From IMG/VR virus record IMGVR_UViG_3300030430_003901, positions 1 through 53,691 of that record: DNA of 53,691 nt. One strand, written 5' to 3'. This DNA is from a virus. Lineage: Duplodnaviria > Caudoviricetes. The notes beneath the pieces are model-generated. The model saw only the letters and a program-made list of their open reading frames with translations, searched no databases and was not told the origin of the DNA. The position numbers were made by a program, and so were the translations under genes. Of this stretch, positions 8,533-16,964 are shown in pieces. How positions within the stretch are numbered: position 1 is the stretch's first letter; every line of letters begins with the position of its first letter.

Positions 8533-10952
8533 TACAACAAACTTGTTTGTGTATTAATTTCTTCTTTTGTTTTTAATCTTATCCATCTACCTGAATTATC
8601 TCTACCTTCTTCAGGGGCTACGCTTGTTTTATATACTGCATAAGCCACCATCCATTTATTAAATTTTATTCTTGATATTGTCAACTTTGCTTTGGGTCCA
8701 TAGTCAGGGTATTGCTCTATAAAATCAAAGTAACAGTCTTGCAGAGATACTCTTGTATCTATTTTTAATTTTTCATTCTCTGTGGTTCCGTTTATTATTC
8801 CACACCATTCAATGAAATCATGACAAGTTTCGGCTGACAACTGTCTTATCTTCAAATTTACAAATTTACTTTGAACCAATCCTTTGCTTAAAAATATCTG
8901 CAAACAATTTATCATATAATTATCAAACCTACACCATTCAGCATCATCCCAATCACCAAACATAAGTTTATTAAACTCATCTAAAGGTGAGAAGTTTTTG
9001 TTATAATGCTGATGCAATTCCAACTCCCACTTCCTTCTAACAAAAGAATTACCTGCACCTTTGATTGCATAGTTGGTGGTGATTGCTATTTTTGGTGACT
9101 TGCTGAAAGGTATTTTGATTGCGTCTTTGTTTTTCTTTTCTAATGTCAATCCTTCAGTCACAACTGAAAACAGTCTTTCAAAATCAAATGCTTTTTTTAC
9201 ATCATCAAACACGAGTATCTGAGTGTCAGCAGAAACTAATTGATAAGCAAAACTTCTTTCAAAGTAAAAAGATTTACCGTCAATAGTTACAACCTTTTTC
9301 ATTTGTGCCAAAGCATTCATAAATATTCCCTTGCCTGTCCCACCTTCAGGGTTATCGGATATAACCTCATCATTAAGAATGACAGCAGGACAATAACTTA
9401 AATTTTTATATCCATGCATAAGGAAACCTATTGTGCTTTCCATAGAAAGTTTTCTATCTTCCTGTTGTTTACATATGTTACCAATAAATTTTTTATAATC
9501 ACTACCTGAATAATCACACTTGGTGAAGTTTCTATTGATGACATGGTCTTTCCAAACATAACCACCCAAGTCTATATAGTCTAGCACATCAAGTGAATCT
9601 TTTGTTACTTTGATGGCACAGTTTTTATAATACAAGTAAGAAGTTGTTTTGGTGTCTTCAATAAAATATATGTCTATGGTAGAAAGCAATGAGAGAAACT
9701 CCTCTCTAAAAAACCTTGTGTTATCAGCAAAGTAATTGTAGATAGATGCATCGTCAAGTTCAATGAGATGATTCAAAACAAAATCTTTGATTTGTTTCTC
9801 ATCTGTGTGGTCTATCAGATTGTTTGTAACTTTTACAAAAACATAGTTCTTACTTCCTTCAGGACAAAACTTATAGAAACCATTGTCTTCTAAAAACTGC
9901 TTAAATAATATATGTACAACCTTTATAACTCCCTTGTCACTCTTTGTCCAAAACTTCTGCTCTTTATTTTCCTCATCAACCCTTTGTAATACCGAGTCAA
10001 TGACATCGCTTTCAATACTTGCGTCTTGTAGTTGAGATTTTATTTCTTTTTTAGATACCCCTCGTCTTAATTTTACTTTTATATTATTTATTCTTTCATC
10101 GTCCTCATAGTATTTGGTTCCGAAGTTTTGTGTTTGTGCGTAAGCAGAGTCTATGGTTCTATTGATTTCTCTGATGCCAAAATCTTTTGTTTGATAATTA
10201 CTCAACACATAATTAGCAAGAGACTTGTTGATACCATAATCATTAAATGCAGATGCTAAAACAAACACATTGTTATTTCTTTGACCCTCGACCATAGGAT
10301 ACTTTTTCAACCACCACTTTGTAAGTATATCAACTATTTTATTCTCATCTGTGATGGGTATAGTAGGTGCATCTCTGAGTGTATGTCGTTCTTGATATTC
10401 TTTTTCTTCAATCTTGTCCCATACACTTGAGTTTTCATTTATATATATAAGGGGGTCATAACTTTCGTAACATACACGAGATATGTTTTTACAGGTCGTA
10501 TCAAATCTTGGGTTGTCAAAATGTTTTTCTAAAGAGTTGAAATAGTTAACATGATTCTCTGCATCATTTGGTATTTTAACAATGACCTTTAGACCCTGAC
10601 CTGAAGGAGAAATAAAAGCAGAGAACACAAAGTTATTTTTAGTTAAGTTTTCTTTGTCTTGCAGTAATTCTTTTTGCTTTTCATACCCATCAAAATCTAA
10701 GCATATAAACCCTGTGTGTTCTTGAATTGCATTGTCGTTTCTTTTATTAAATATTCCTGAGAAACATATAGCAGGTAAGTTTTTTTTGAGTTCGTTTCTT
10801 TCAACTTTTCTTTTCTCTTGTCGTATTTGTTTTACCAATTCTTTGGTTGAGCCGTTTTTTATTCGTTGAAGAATGTGTCCAATAGGTCTGTGAAAAGGAG
10901 TGTCTGTTTCCTTAATGTTTTTGAATATAGTTATACTTTGTTCTAATGACAT
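8532..10952 (-). CDS. Primase-helicase: BT4734/VirE-N-like primase domain + PriCT + P-loop helicase
   Basis: KKNLPAICFSG, GFICLDFD, FISPSGQGLK, EGQRNN (PriCT), Walker A GGTGKG, Walker B LVFDD, ITTN. Confidence 0.85.
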   Translation of the reverse strand: MSLEQSITIFKNIKETDTPFHRPIGHILQRIKNGSTKELVKQIRQEKRKVERNELKKNLPAICFSGIFNKRNDNAIQEHTGFICLDFDGYEKQKELLQDKENLTKNNFVFSAFISPSGQGLKVIVKIPNDAENHVNYFNSLEKHFDNPRFDTTCKNISRVCYESYDPLIYINENSSVWDKIEEKEYQERHTLRDAPTIPITDENKIVDILTKWWLKKYPMVEGQRNNNVFVLASAFNDYGINKSLANYVLSNYQTKDFGIREINRTIDSAYAQTQNFGTKYYEDDERINNIKVKLRRGVSKKEIKSQLQDASIESDVIDSVLQRVDEENKEQKFWTKSDKGVIKVVHILFKQFLEDNGFYKFCPEGSKNYVFVKVTNNLIDHTDEKQIKDFVLNHLIELDDASIYNYFADNTRFFREEFLSLLSTIDIYFIEDTKTTSYLYYKNCAIKVTKDSLDVLDYIDLGGYVWKDHVINRNFTKCDYSGSDYKKFIGNICKQQEDRKLSMESTIGFLMHGYKNLSYCPAVILNDEVISDNPEGGTGKGIFMNALAQMKKVVTIDGKSFYFERSFAYQLVSADTQILVFDDVKKAFDFERLFSVVTEGLTLEKKNKDAIKIPFSKSPKIAITTNYAIKGAGNSFVRRKWELELHQHYNKNFSPLDEFNKLMFGDWDDAEWCRFDNYMINCLQIFLSKGLVQSKFVNLKIRQLSAETCHDFIEWCGIINGTTENEKLKIDTRVSLQDCYFDFIEQYPDYGPKAKLTISRIKFNKWMVAYAVYKTSVAPEEGRDNSGRWIRLKTKEEINTQTSLL

Positions 10953-10974
10953 TTAATTTAGTGGTTTTATAAAA

Positions 10975-11028
10975 GGAGAAGGAATGTGGCTTGAAACCCT
11001 GCAGAGTTCACCACCACAATCCCCCTCC
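10975..11028 (-). terminator. Long imperfect hairpin / attenuator between SSB and primase
   Basis: Minus strand GGAGGGGGATTGTGG...CCACATTCCTTCTCC then TTTT. G-U pairs form only in the minus-strand RNA. Confidence 0.55.
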
Positions 11029-11034
11029 TGTTTG

Positions 11035-11292
11035 TTAAAATGGTAGGTCTGCTTCAGCTTTCGTTGAAGATTCCTGTTGTGTTTTCGGTACAAAAGTGTC
11101 AAGTTCCATATAGTAACTACCACTCTTTGCTTGATTGATATTCAAGTTGACCCATCCACCTTTATGATGTTTCTTCATAAAAGCAATTGCATCATCCACC
11201 TTAGCACTTACTCTACCGACTACAAAGTCAGGAGCATTGTCTCTCTTTTTAAATGAGAAACCATCAGCAAAAATTTTTTCTTCATTTGCCAT
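11035..11292 (-). CDS. Putative single-stranded DNA-binding protein
   Basis: Small beta-rich protein with acidic C-terminal DLPF tail, next to recombination genes. Confidence 0.65.
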   Translation of the reverse strand: MANEEKIFADGFSFKKRDNAPDFVVGRVSAKVDDAIAFMKKHHKGGWVNLNINQAKSGSYYMELDTFVPKTQQESSTKAEADLPF

Positions 11293-11527
11293 AGTCTTTG
11301 ATTTTAATTTCTCGTTCCATTAATTGAATAGTTGAGTCTACTAAATCATAGTAGTCATGGATATTGTCTTGCTCTAACGGAACCTCAATAACAAAACTCT
11401 TCCTTTTTATTTTATTTTCAACCCAACTATATAATCGAGCTGATAAAATGTAACTTAACATTTTCAGTAGCGTTCTTTCCATAATATTTTTTATAAACTT
11501 CAGTTGCTCTTTCAACTTTTTCTTCAC
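11282..11527 (-). CDS. Hypothetical protein (start uncertain)
   Basis: Fills the gap between exonuclease and SSB; the annotated 5' part overlaps the exonuclease. Confidence 0.4.
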   Translation of the reverse strand: MKKKLKEQLKFIKNIMERTLLKMLSYILSARLYSWVENKIKRKSFVIEVPLEQDNIHDYYDLVDSTIQLMEREIKIKDYGK

Positions 11528-12236
11528 CCCTGTCGTAACTTACCTCAGATAAAGGGTGCATTGCAAGTTGTAATGTACGCTTATCAACAACAAGAAACAA
11601 TATTGGCTTTCCAAACAACTCTCTATATATATAACCCTGAGAGTCATAGTTATAAGTTCGTACACTCTGATGAAATTTCAGCACATCAGAACTTGTTTTT
11701 AAATCAACGACAGCACCATCAGGAAACTCAACCCATTGATAAGTTGAATTGAATGGGTCATGTACTTTGATAGCAAAACCATTTGGATTTATTATATCTG
11801 CTTTACCTTTCCACATTTCACCTTTGATTTGTGCTATGCTTGGCTCCTCGTATGTGATGTTACTACCTTTTATAAGTTCACTAAACTCAAATATGGATAA
11901 CATTTTATCTGCCCACTCATGACATTGTTCTTGCTCAGGTTTTAATAAAGCAGAGGGGATGAGATGGTCTGAACAAAACTCTTTGTATGCTTTTGAGTTT
12001 CGGCTTGATACAGGAGCCACAAGATATTCTTTGGCTTTCTCAGGTTCAAGAATGTATGCATGGAAGTATCTCCCCACAAGCATTTCTTTTGTTTCCTCTT
12101 TCGGCACACCAAACTTATCAGGTTCTCTAAGCAAAGTATAAATATCTGAGTTAGATAAATACTCTTTGCCTACACCCCCATAATACTCTGCATCTGACTT
12201 GAGGAGTTCTAATACATCTTTACTTTTTGATACCAT
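11427..12236 (-). CDS. RecE/Exo VIII-like PD-(D/E)XK exonuclease (DUF3799-like)
   Basis: YLSNSDI, GRYFHAYILEP, KGKADII, VVDLKTS, YDSQGYIY. Confidence 0.8.
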   Translation of the reverse strand: MVSKSKDVLELLKSDAEYYGGVGKEYLSNSDIYTLLREPDKFGVPKEETKEMLVGRYFHAYILEPEKAKEYLVAPVSSRNSKAYKEFCSDHLIPSALLKPEQEQCHEWADKMLSIFEFSELIKGSNITYEEPSIAQIKGEMWKGKADIINPNGFAIKVHDPFNSTYQWVEFPDGAVVDLKTSSDVLKFHQSVRTYNYDSQGYIYRELFGKPILFLVVDKRTLQLAMHPLSEVSYDRGEEKVERATEVYKKYYGKNATENVKLHFISSII

Positions 12237-12753
12237 CTTGTAGTGTTTTCTTTATTTTGTTTTTGACTTTAGTTGTTACATTGTACTTGGTAGAAATGTT
12301 ATCTACAATCCATTGCAACCCCTTGGTTTTATTATCTACAACATATCTTAAAACATCTTCCATCTTTTCTTCATTGATGTCAAGTAAAATGTTTTTTGGT
12401 TTCTCCTCTTGTTGTGCTATAGCATTTTGTACCTCGTCTGCTGATGCAACTGAAGTCTCCAACCCAATACCAAAGTTTGCCAATGCTCTACCCCATGCTG
12501 AAGTTTCGCAGTTCTCTACATAAGAAGTTTTATTTATAAAGGTACTTCCTCTTTCTTCCTCTGCCATTCCTGTTGCGATTACTTTTCCTTCATCGTTAGA
12601 AATTGTAGCAAGGATAAGGATTGATTTGTCTGTTTTCTCTAACACTTCTGATGTTAGTGAAAAGTTTGGAAAGTTTTTTCTGAAATAAATAAGTCTCTCA
12701 TTTACTTCAACATACTCTTTGCCTTTGATGTTTATGGTTTTCAATTTAGTCAT
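12220..12753 (-). CDS. Putative ssDNA-annealing recombinase (Rad52/Sak-like)
   Basis: KGKEYVEVNERL, ENCETSAWGRAL..G.G...ASADEV; adjacent to exonuclease and SSB. Confidence 0.65.
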   Translation of the reverse strand: MTKLKTINIKGKEYVEVNERLIYFRKNFPNFSLTSEVLEKTDKSILILATISNDEGKVIATGMAEEERGSTFINKTSYVENCETSAWGRALANFGIGLETSVASADEVQNAIAQQEEKPKNILLDINEEKMEDVLRYVVDNKTKGLQWIVDNISTKYNVTTKVKNKIKKTLQDGIKK

Positions 12754-13153
12754 TTTTAATTTGATTTAATTTATTACTAATATAATTATATTTATCTAAA
12801 ATTCGGACTCTTGCCGACTTCAAAGATTGGATTTGCTTTGGATTCCTTTTGCCATTAACTTCACTTCGCATTGAAAGTTCTATCTTACCAAGTTTGAAAA
12901 TACAGTTTTGTAGTGCAACTTTATACACTCCGTATCTCCAACCACCTTCAAAGAAAAAGTTAATCTCAAACTCATCAAGTTCTTTATAATAGTCCCCACC
13001 CTTTGTGGTATTATAAATAGTGACATCGTTTGTTCCATTGTCTAAAACTATTTTCACACCAAATAAAGTTCTAGCACAGTAACCATCGCCATCCAACTTA
13101 CAAGCGTAGTCGTCTTGCTCTGCTTCATACCAAATGTCAGCAAGACCGTACAC
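12746..13153 (-). CDS. Hypothetical protein
   Basis: Operon-consistent ORF. Confidence 0.6.
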   Translation of the reverse strand: MYGLADIWYEAEQDDYACKLDGDGYCARTLFGVKIVLDNGTNDVTIYNTTKGGDYYKELDEFEINFFFEGGWRYGVYKVALQNCIFKLGKIELSMRSEVNGKRNPKQIQSLKSARVRILDKYNYISNKLNQIKND

Positions 13154-13452
13154 TATACTTCAACTACATTTAAGTTATCAAGAACTTTCTTGTAGTCTTG
13201 GTCCTTGAGCATTTGCTCTTTAACCATTTGAATGCCATGGATGATACTTGAATGTCCTATTATATATCCTCGCTGACCCATATACTTCTGAATGTATTTG
13301 AGTTTCATTGGTCTATGATAACACAGATAGTATATCAAATGTCTCGCATCCACAACATCTCTCCTCTTTGATTTCTCAAAGATTTCTTCCTGACTTATGT
13401 TAAATAGTTTTGCAACCTGTTCTACATAAGCGTCAAAAATGTTTTGCTTCAT
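13153..13452 (-). CDS. Second DnaA domain IV-like HTH protein
   Basis: SKRRDVVDARHLIYYLC...GHSSIIHG; parallels 5746-6180. Confidence 0.7.
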   Translation of the reverse strand: MKQNIFDAYVEQVAKLFNISQEEIFEKSKRRDVVDARHLIYYLCYHRPMKLKYIQKYMGQRGYIIGHSSIIHGIQMVKEQMLKDQDYKKVLDNLNVVEV

Positions 13453-13750
13453 TCTTTAAATTTATTAATTTATCTTTGATGACTTGCTCATCCTTCTTTA
13501 CTTGCACCTTATATAATATAAGATACCCAATGATATCGGATACAGTATCCTCTACCAAATCGTTTAACCCCTTATGTTTGATACGACTTAACTTGTCATC
13601 AAGTCTTGCAAGTATACCTTCCTTTGCAGATAGTTTTGAAAATATCTGCGGTGGGTTATTTGCCGTATCACCATACGATTTATTCTTTTCCAAAAGAAGT
13701 TGCACAACCTCTCGTGCAACCTCTTTAATTAATTCCTCTGTAGTTTTCAT
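13433..13750 (-). CDS. DUF1599 / nucleotide-modification-associated domain 1 (MazG-like fold)
   Basis: KNKSYGD...RLDDKLSRI...EDTVSDIIGYLIL. Confidence 0.75.
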   Translation of the reverse strand: MKTTEELIKEVAREVVQLLLEKNKSYGDTANNPPQIFSKLSAKEGILARLDDKLSRIKHKGLNDLVEDTVSDIIGYLILYKVQVKKDEQVIKDKLINLKNEAKHF

Positions 13751-13884
13751 GCAGTCTCCTTTTGTTTTTCTAAAGTATCAAGAAATGGGTCAACATGAGA
13801 TGCTACAAAGTTTGGGATTTCGCTGATATATTCCTCTGTGCCGTCCTCCCATTTGATTTTTAAAGTCCAATGTGTTATTCTCAT
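13747..13884 (-). CDS. Small protein, 45 aa (MRITHWTLKIKWEDGTEEY...), not in ORF track
   Basis: Starts just after the stop of 13886-14176; ATGA overlap with 13750. Confidence 0.6.
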   Translation of the reverse strand: MRITHWTLKIKWEDGTEEYISEIPNFVASHVDPFLDTLEKQKETA

Positions 13885-13885
13885 T

Positions 13886-14176
13886 TTATATATATTTAAT
13901 TAAATCACTCACTTTAACATACCAATACCCATCTTTCAAAAATCTTTTGCAGTTATTCCAAAAGGTAGGTTTGGTTTTGATGAAACCTAACTGCATTGCT
14001 ATAGGCAGTTTTAAATTTATGGCTTCAAATAATTCATCTTTGCTTTCAATCAGAGACTCAGTCTCATCATCATACAAGACATACAACTCAATCGCTTCTG
14101 AGTCGTATATAGACACGGCTTTGTCGGTGACATCCCACCAACAAAATCCATCTGAAAAAGTTATTAGTCTATTCAT
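13886..14176 (-). CDS. Hypothetical protein
   Basis: First gene after promoter copy 2, with AAAACACT-ATG leader. Confidence 0.65.
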   Translation of the reverse strand: MNRLITFSDGFCWWDVTDKAVSIYDSEAIELYVLYDDETESLIESKDELFEAINLKLPIAMQLGFIKTKPTFWNNCKRFLKDGYWYVKVSDLIKYI

Positions 14177-14198
14177 AGTGTTTTAGAATAAAGTTTGA

Positions 14199-14230
14199 CA
14201 ATATTACGAAAAGAAATCGACATACGCAAA
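14199..14230 (-). promoter_or_regulatory. Early-class promoter, copy 2
   Basis: TTTG-CGTATGTCGATTTCTTTTCG-TAATATTG. Confidence 0.75.
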
Positions 14231-14245
14231 TCTTTGATTAATTAT

Positions 14246-14512
14246 TTATAAATGACCTCCTATCTTTAATTCGTCACACTCAAATCTCCACTCTGATTCT
14301 GACTCAGGTTCGTTCATTCCATTGTAATCATCTACTCCATTGCCATACTCAAAGTTAGCTTCACTCATTGCTTTGTCTATCTTATCTACATAGATGTCTT
14401 CATTCTCCCATAGATACTCAAGTACTTGCTCCTCAGTTAAATTGTTGGGTACTTCTACTTCTACCTCAGCGAACTTGTGGTAAACACTTCTTTGTTGAAT
14501 TTTTACTTTCAT
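14246..14512 (-). CDS. Hypothetical acidic early protein
   Basis: ORF preceded by (AT)n leader. Confidence 0.65.
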   Translation of the reverse strand: MKVKIQQRSVYHKFAEVEVEVPNNLTEEQVLEYLWENEDIYVDKIDKAMSEANFEYGNGVDDYNGMNEPESESEWRFECDELKIGGHL

Positions 14513-14523
14513 ATATATATATA

Positions 14524-15039
14524 TTAAATTAAGATTGCTTCATCGTAATCGCTACCTTGTACATTGATTTCACCTTGTATCTCGTAGCCACCTTTTTCAA
14601 GCAGAATTTTTCGTGCAGATTCCGAGTCTTTTGCCATTATCCTGTATTCTAAAGAACAAGGAACGCTAAATGTGAACTCTTGCTTTGGTTTTCTATACTC
14701 TCTGATATACTCTTGCAGGATAGTTGGGCTTGATTGACCACCGATATTCCAAGTTTGTAACTTTGACTTGGTGTAGTTGAGGTCATAAGTTTTCCAATCA
14801 TATATAGTAAACTGACCTGTCCTTCCATCATCGTCTGTGATTTCAATGACCCATTCCATTTGACACTTTCCATCACCACTCTCACCTAAGGTGGCTTCGC
14901 CAAACATTTCTACTAATTCAAGGTAAGTAACATCTACATATCCTTGCAGACATCCACCTACATATTCATCGAATCTATCTTTATACTCTTGGTTTGTTAA
15001 AGGTTCAAGAGTGCAACCTTTCCATTTAATTATATTCAT
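14524..15039 (-). CDS. Hypothetical early protein
   Basis: Protein-like pattern (FGEAT...DGKCQMEW...FTIYDWK...WNIGG); no function recognised. Confidence 0.65.
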   Translation of the reverse strand: MNIIKWKGCTLEPLTNQEYKDRFDEYVGGCLQGYVDVTYLELVEMFGEATLGESGDGKCQMEWVIEITDDDGRTGQFTIYDWKTYDLNYTKSKLQTWNIGGQSSPTILQEYIREYRKPKQEFTFSVPCSLEYRIMAKDSESARKILLEKGGYEIQGEINVQGSDYDEAILI

Positions 15040-15057
15040 ATCTATTAATTATTAAAG

Positions 15058-15294
15058 TTAATCTTCTTGGGGTGGTAAAAAACATGATGCATCCTCATCA
15101 ATTGCATCTTTAATAACTTGATACACATGCTCTGATTTGAACACCCTTTCCAATACACCCAATGCGTCTGCTTGGGTGCAATTGTAATTCTCCTGCACAT
15201 CGTCTTTGTGCCACATGATTTCAACAAACCAACCTCGTCTTTCTAATTCGTCTTTGAGGTCATCTGCGTCCATTTGTTTTATATCTATACTCAT
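15058..15294 (-). CDS. Hypothetical early protein
   Basis: Operon-consistent ORF. Confidence 0.6.
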   Translation of the reverse strand: MSIDIKQMDADDLKDELERRGWFVEIMWHKDDVQENYNCTQADALGVLERVFKSEHVYQVIKDAIDEDASCFLPPQED

Positions 15295-15295
15295 C

Positions 15296-15466
15296 TTAAT
15301 ACAGTTTTAATTCTGTCCACTCTATATCAAAAGTAAGTAATGACTCATGCTCATCCTCATCTCTTTCAGAGTTGTTATCTATTAACCATTTGTCAACATC
15401 ATTTGTGATGTCAACGATGTATGTGTATCCTGTGTTGTCAGTAAATCTGATAATTGCTACTTTCAT
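15296..15466 (-). CDS. Hypothetical early protein (start moved to MKVAIIRF)
   Basis: The track start at 15535 lies inside the tRNA-like element; ATG at 15466 follows an AT-rich leader. Confidence 0.6.
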   Translation of the reverse strand: MKVAIIRFTDNTGYTYIVDITNDVDKWLIDNNSERDEDEHESLLTFDIEWTELKLY

Positions 15467-15486
15467 GTCTATTAAATTAAAATTAG

Positions 15487-15603
15487 AGGGCAAGTCAGGA
15501 TTCGAACCTGCTTCTATAACTAAGGTATGTGTCAAATCAGTAGAGGTTTATGACTTCTCTACCTATACCACTCCCCTCCACCCATGTGGAGATTACTTGC
15601 CCT
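15487..15603 (-). ncRNA. tRNA-like element 1: acceptor-like stem + T-arm with about 85-nt structured insert, no anticodon arm
   Basis: AGGGCAAGT...CAGG-TTCGAAT-CCTG-ACTTGCCCT; internal hairpins CTCCAC/GTGGAG and GTAGAG/CTCTAC; D-loop-like AGTGG. Confidence 0.65.
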
Positions 15604-15607
15604 GTCT

Positions 15608-15652
15608 GATGGTTTGTTTTTGGACTATCGCATAGCCATAAGAGTAACCACC
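15608..15652 (-). other. Hairpin between stop codon and tRNA-like element 1
   Basis: GGTGGTT...GGCTAT-gcg-ATAGTC...AACCATC, directly after the TAA at 15653. Confidence 0.5.
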
Positions 15653-16213
15653 TTACGAAACCTCTTGCTCTTTCTCAACGAAGTCATACTTCTGTCTAAG
15701 ATTGCCTTCATGACAGTCGACAGGAAACCACTTCTCCAACAACCTCTTTCTCTCACCATAGAGCCATTGGGTGCCATTGTTTTTCAACATATCCCTCACA
15801 TCTTGACCAATCCAACTATAACGAAACCCCTTGGTGTGTGCCTTGTTTGTATCTTTTAAGTCATCATAGTCAGGCAACCTCTCATGAAGTAATTCAAACA
15901 TTACCTCCTCGCTGATGTCTTTATACCATCGTTGATTACCTGCCTTATCATATAGTTTACTCTCATGATAGTCTCCAACCATTATGATTTCATCACCTGC
16001 CCATGTGCCTTTGTATCGGATGAATTTACTTGTGCCTTCATGCCACTCACCCCAACCCCCACTACAAGTAGTGATTAGATGTCCAAGTGCCTGTAAGACA
16101 GACCCTCTGTCTCCATTACTTATAATTTCTCCATGCTTACAGCCACTACCAAATGTCATTGGCTCAAGTACCTGCTTCTTGGTTTTGTTTACGATTTTAA
16201 AATATTGTCCCAT
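15653..16213 (-). CDS. Conserved phage hypothetical protein (MGQY..VN..K / WAGD..VGDY type)
   Basis: Motif pattern recalled from uncharacterised phage proteins. Confidence 0.7.
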   Translation of the reverse strand: MGQYFKIVNKTKKQVLEPMTFGSGCKHGEIISNGDRGSVLQALGHLITTCSGGWGEWHEGTSKFIRYKGTWAGDEIIMVGDYHESKLYDKAGNQRWYKDISEEVMFELLHERLPDYDDLKDTNKAHTKGFRYSWIGQDVRDMLKNNGTQWLYGERKRLLEKWFPVDCHEGNLRQKYDFVEKEQEVS

Positions 16214-16214
16214 A

Positions 16215-16445
16215 TTATATTTTTTTATTAATTAATCTCAGTAAAGTTGAAATATCGCCTATGGCAAATTCCATGTCGGTATCAAGCATATCACATTGTT
16301 CAATAAGAAACATATGCACGATATCGCATTGTTTGATGAGGTGTTTCATCTCACTCTTCAAATCTTTTTTTGTATTAGTGGTATTGGATAGGGAAAGAGC
16401 ATCCTCCAATTCTGAATTAGTTATTGATATATTAATTTTACTCAT
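16215..16445 (-). CDS. Hypothetical early protein
   Basis: AAACACT-ATG leader after tRNA-like element 2. Confidence 0.65.
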   Translation of the reverse strand: MSKINISITNSELEDALSLSNTTNTKKDLKSEMKHLIKQCDIVHMFLIEQCDMLDTDMEFAIGDISTLLRLINKKI

Positions 16446-16460
16446 AGTGTTTATATTTGT

Positions 16461-16503
16461 GGAGTTGGGGGACTCGAACCCCCTGTTTTTCCATTAAGAC
16501 TCC
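16461..16503 (-). ncRNA. tRNA-like minihelix 2
   Basis: GGAGTc-TTAATGGAAAAACA-GGGGG-TTCGAGT-CCCCC-aACTCC-ACA. Confidence 0.65.
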
Positions 16504-16530
16504 TTGCTTGGCAACCCACCAAACATTCGA

Positions 16531-16562
16531 CAATAATACGACAAAAAATCGACATATGCAAG
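16531..16562 (-). promoter_or_regulatory. Early-class promoter, copy 3
   Basis: CTTG-CATATGTCGATTTTTTGTCG-TATTATTG. Confidence 0.7.
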
Positions 16563-16596
16563 TTTTTGTCCAACTATTTTTTTAGTAACTTCGTTA

Positions 16597-16821
16597 CTAT
16601 CTGTCGTTTGCAATTTCAAATTCAAAATCAGAATTGTCGTTGCACTCATGACACGGTGTGCTGTATGCCATGTCACAATAATAATCTGAATGCCATATCT
16701 CACCCTCACCACCACACACCTCACACTCATCATTATAAAAGTCTGCGTGTTCCAAACACTCAGAACATATGTCGGTCTCCCACTTTGGTGGGGCATCACA
16801 ACAGTTACTTAATTCACTCAT
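16597..16821 (-). CDS. Small Cys-rich Zn-finger protein
   Basis: SNCCDAP...ICSECLEH, DnaJ-like CEVCGGEG, PCHEC. Confidence 0.65.
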   Translation of the reverse strand: MSELSNCCDAPPKWETDICSECLEHADFYNDECEVCGGEGEIWHSDYYCDMAYSTPCHECNDNSDFEFEIANDR

Positions 16822-16964
16822 AGATATTTATATTTAGATTGTTTTGCTTTCCATTGCTTATGCCAATACGCATACTCAGAGTCCTGAGGTCGCAACACTT
16901 GGATGCGACCCCCCTCCTCCTTCTGAACACATATGACATTTGTATTTAACTTCTTAACTATCAT
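16818..16964 (-). CDS. Small hypothetical protein (start moved to MIVKKLN)
   Basis: The shorter start overlaps the upstream gene's end; ATGA coupling downstream. Confidence 0.5.
   Translation of the reverse strand: MIVKKLNTNVICVQKEEGGRIQVLRPQDSEYAYWHKQWKAKQSKYKYL

Noticed and set aside
15570-15600. Twister-like TAA-CTCCAC...GTGGAGGG segment
   Set aside because: The conserved P4 loop and pseudoknot partners are missing.
16455-16503. tmRNA 3' end (GGGGGTTCGAGTCCCCCAACTCCACA)
   Set aside because: The pairing 5' strand is only 14 nt upstream and gives A3-U70, not G3-U70. A promoter lies directly upstream, leaving no room for a tag ORF.
16494-16799. 101-aa minus-strand ORF
   Set aside because: Alternative frame over the Cys-rich gene and promoter copy 3.
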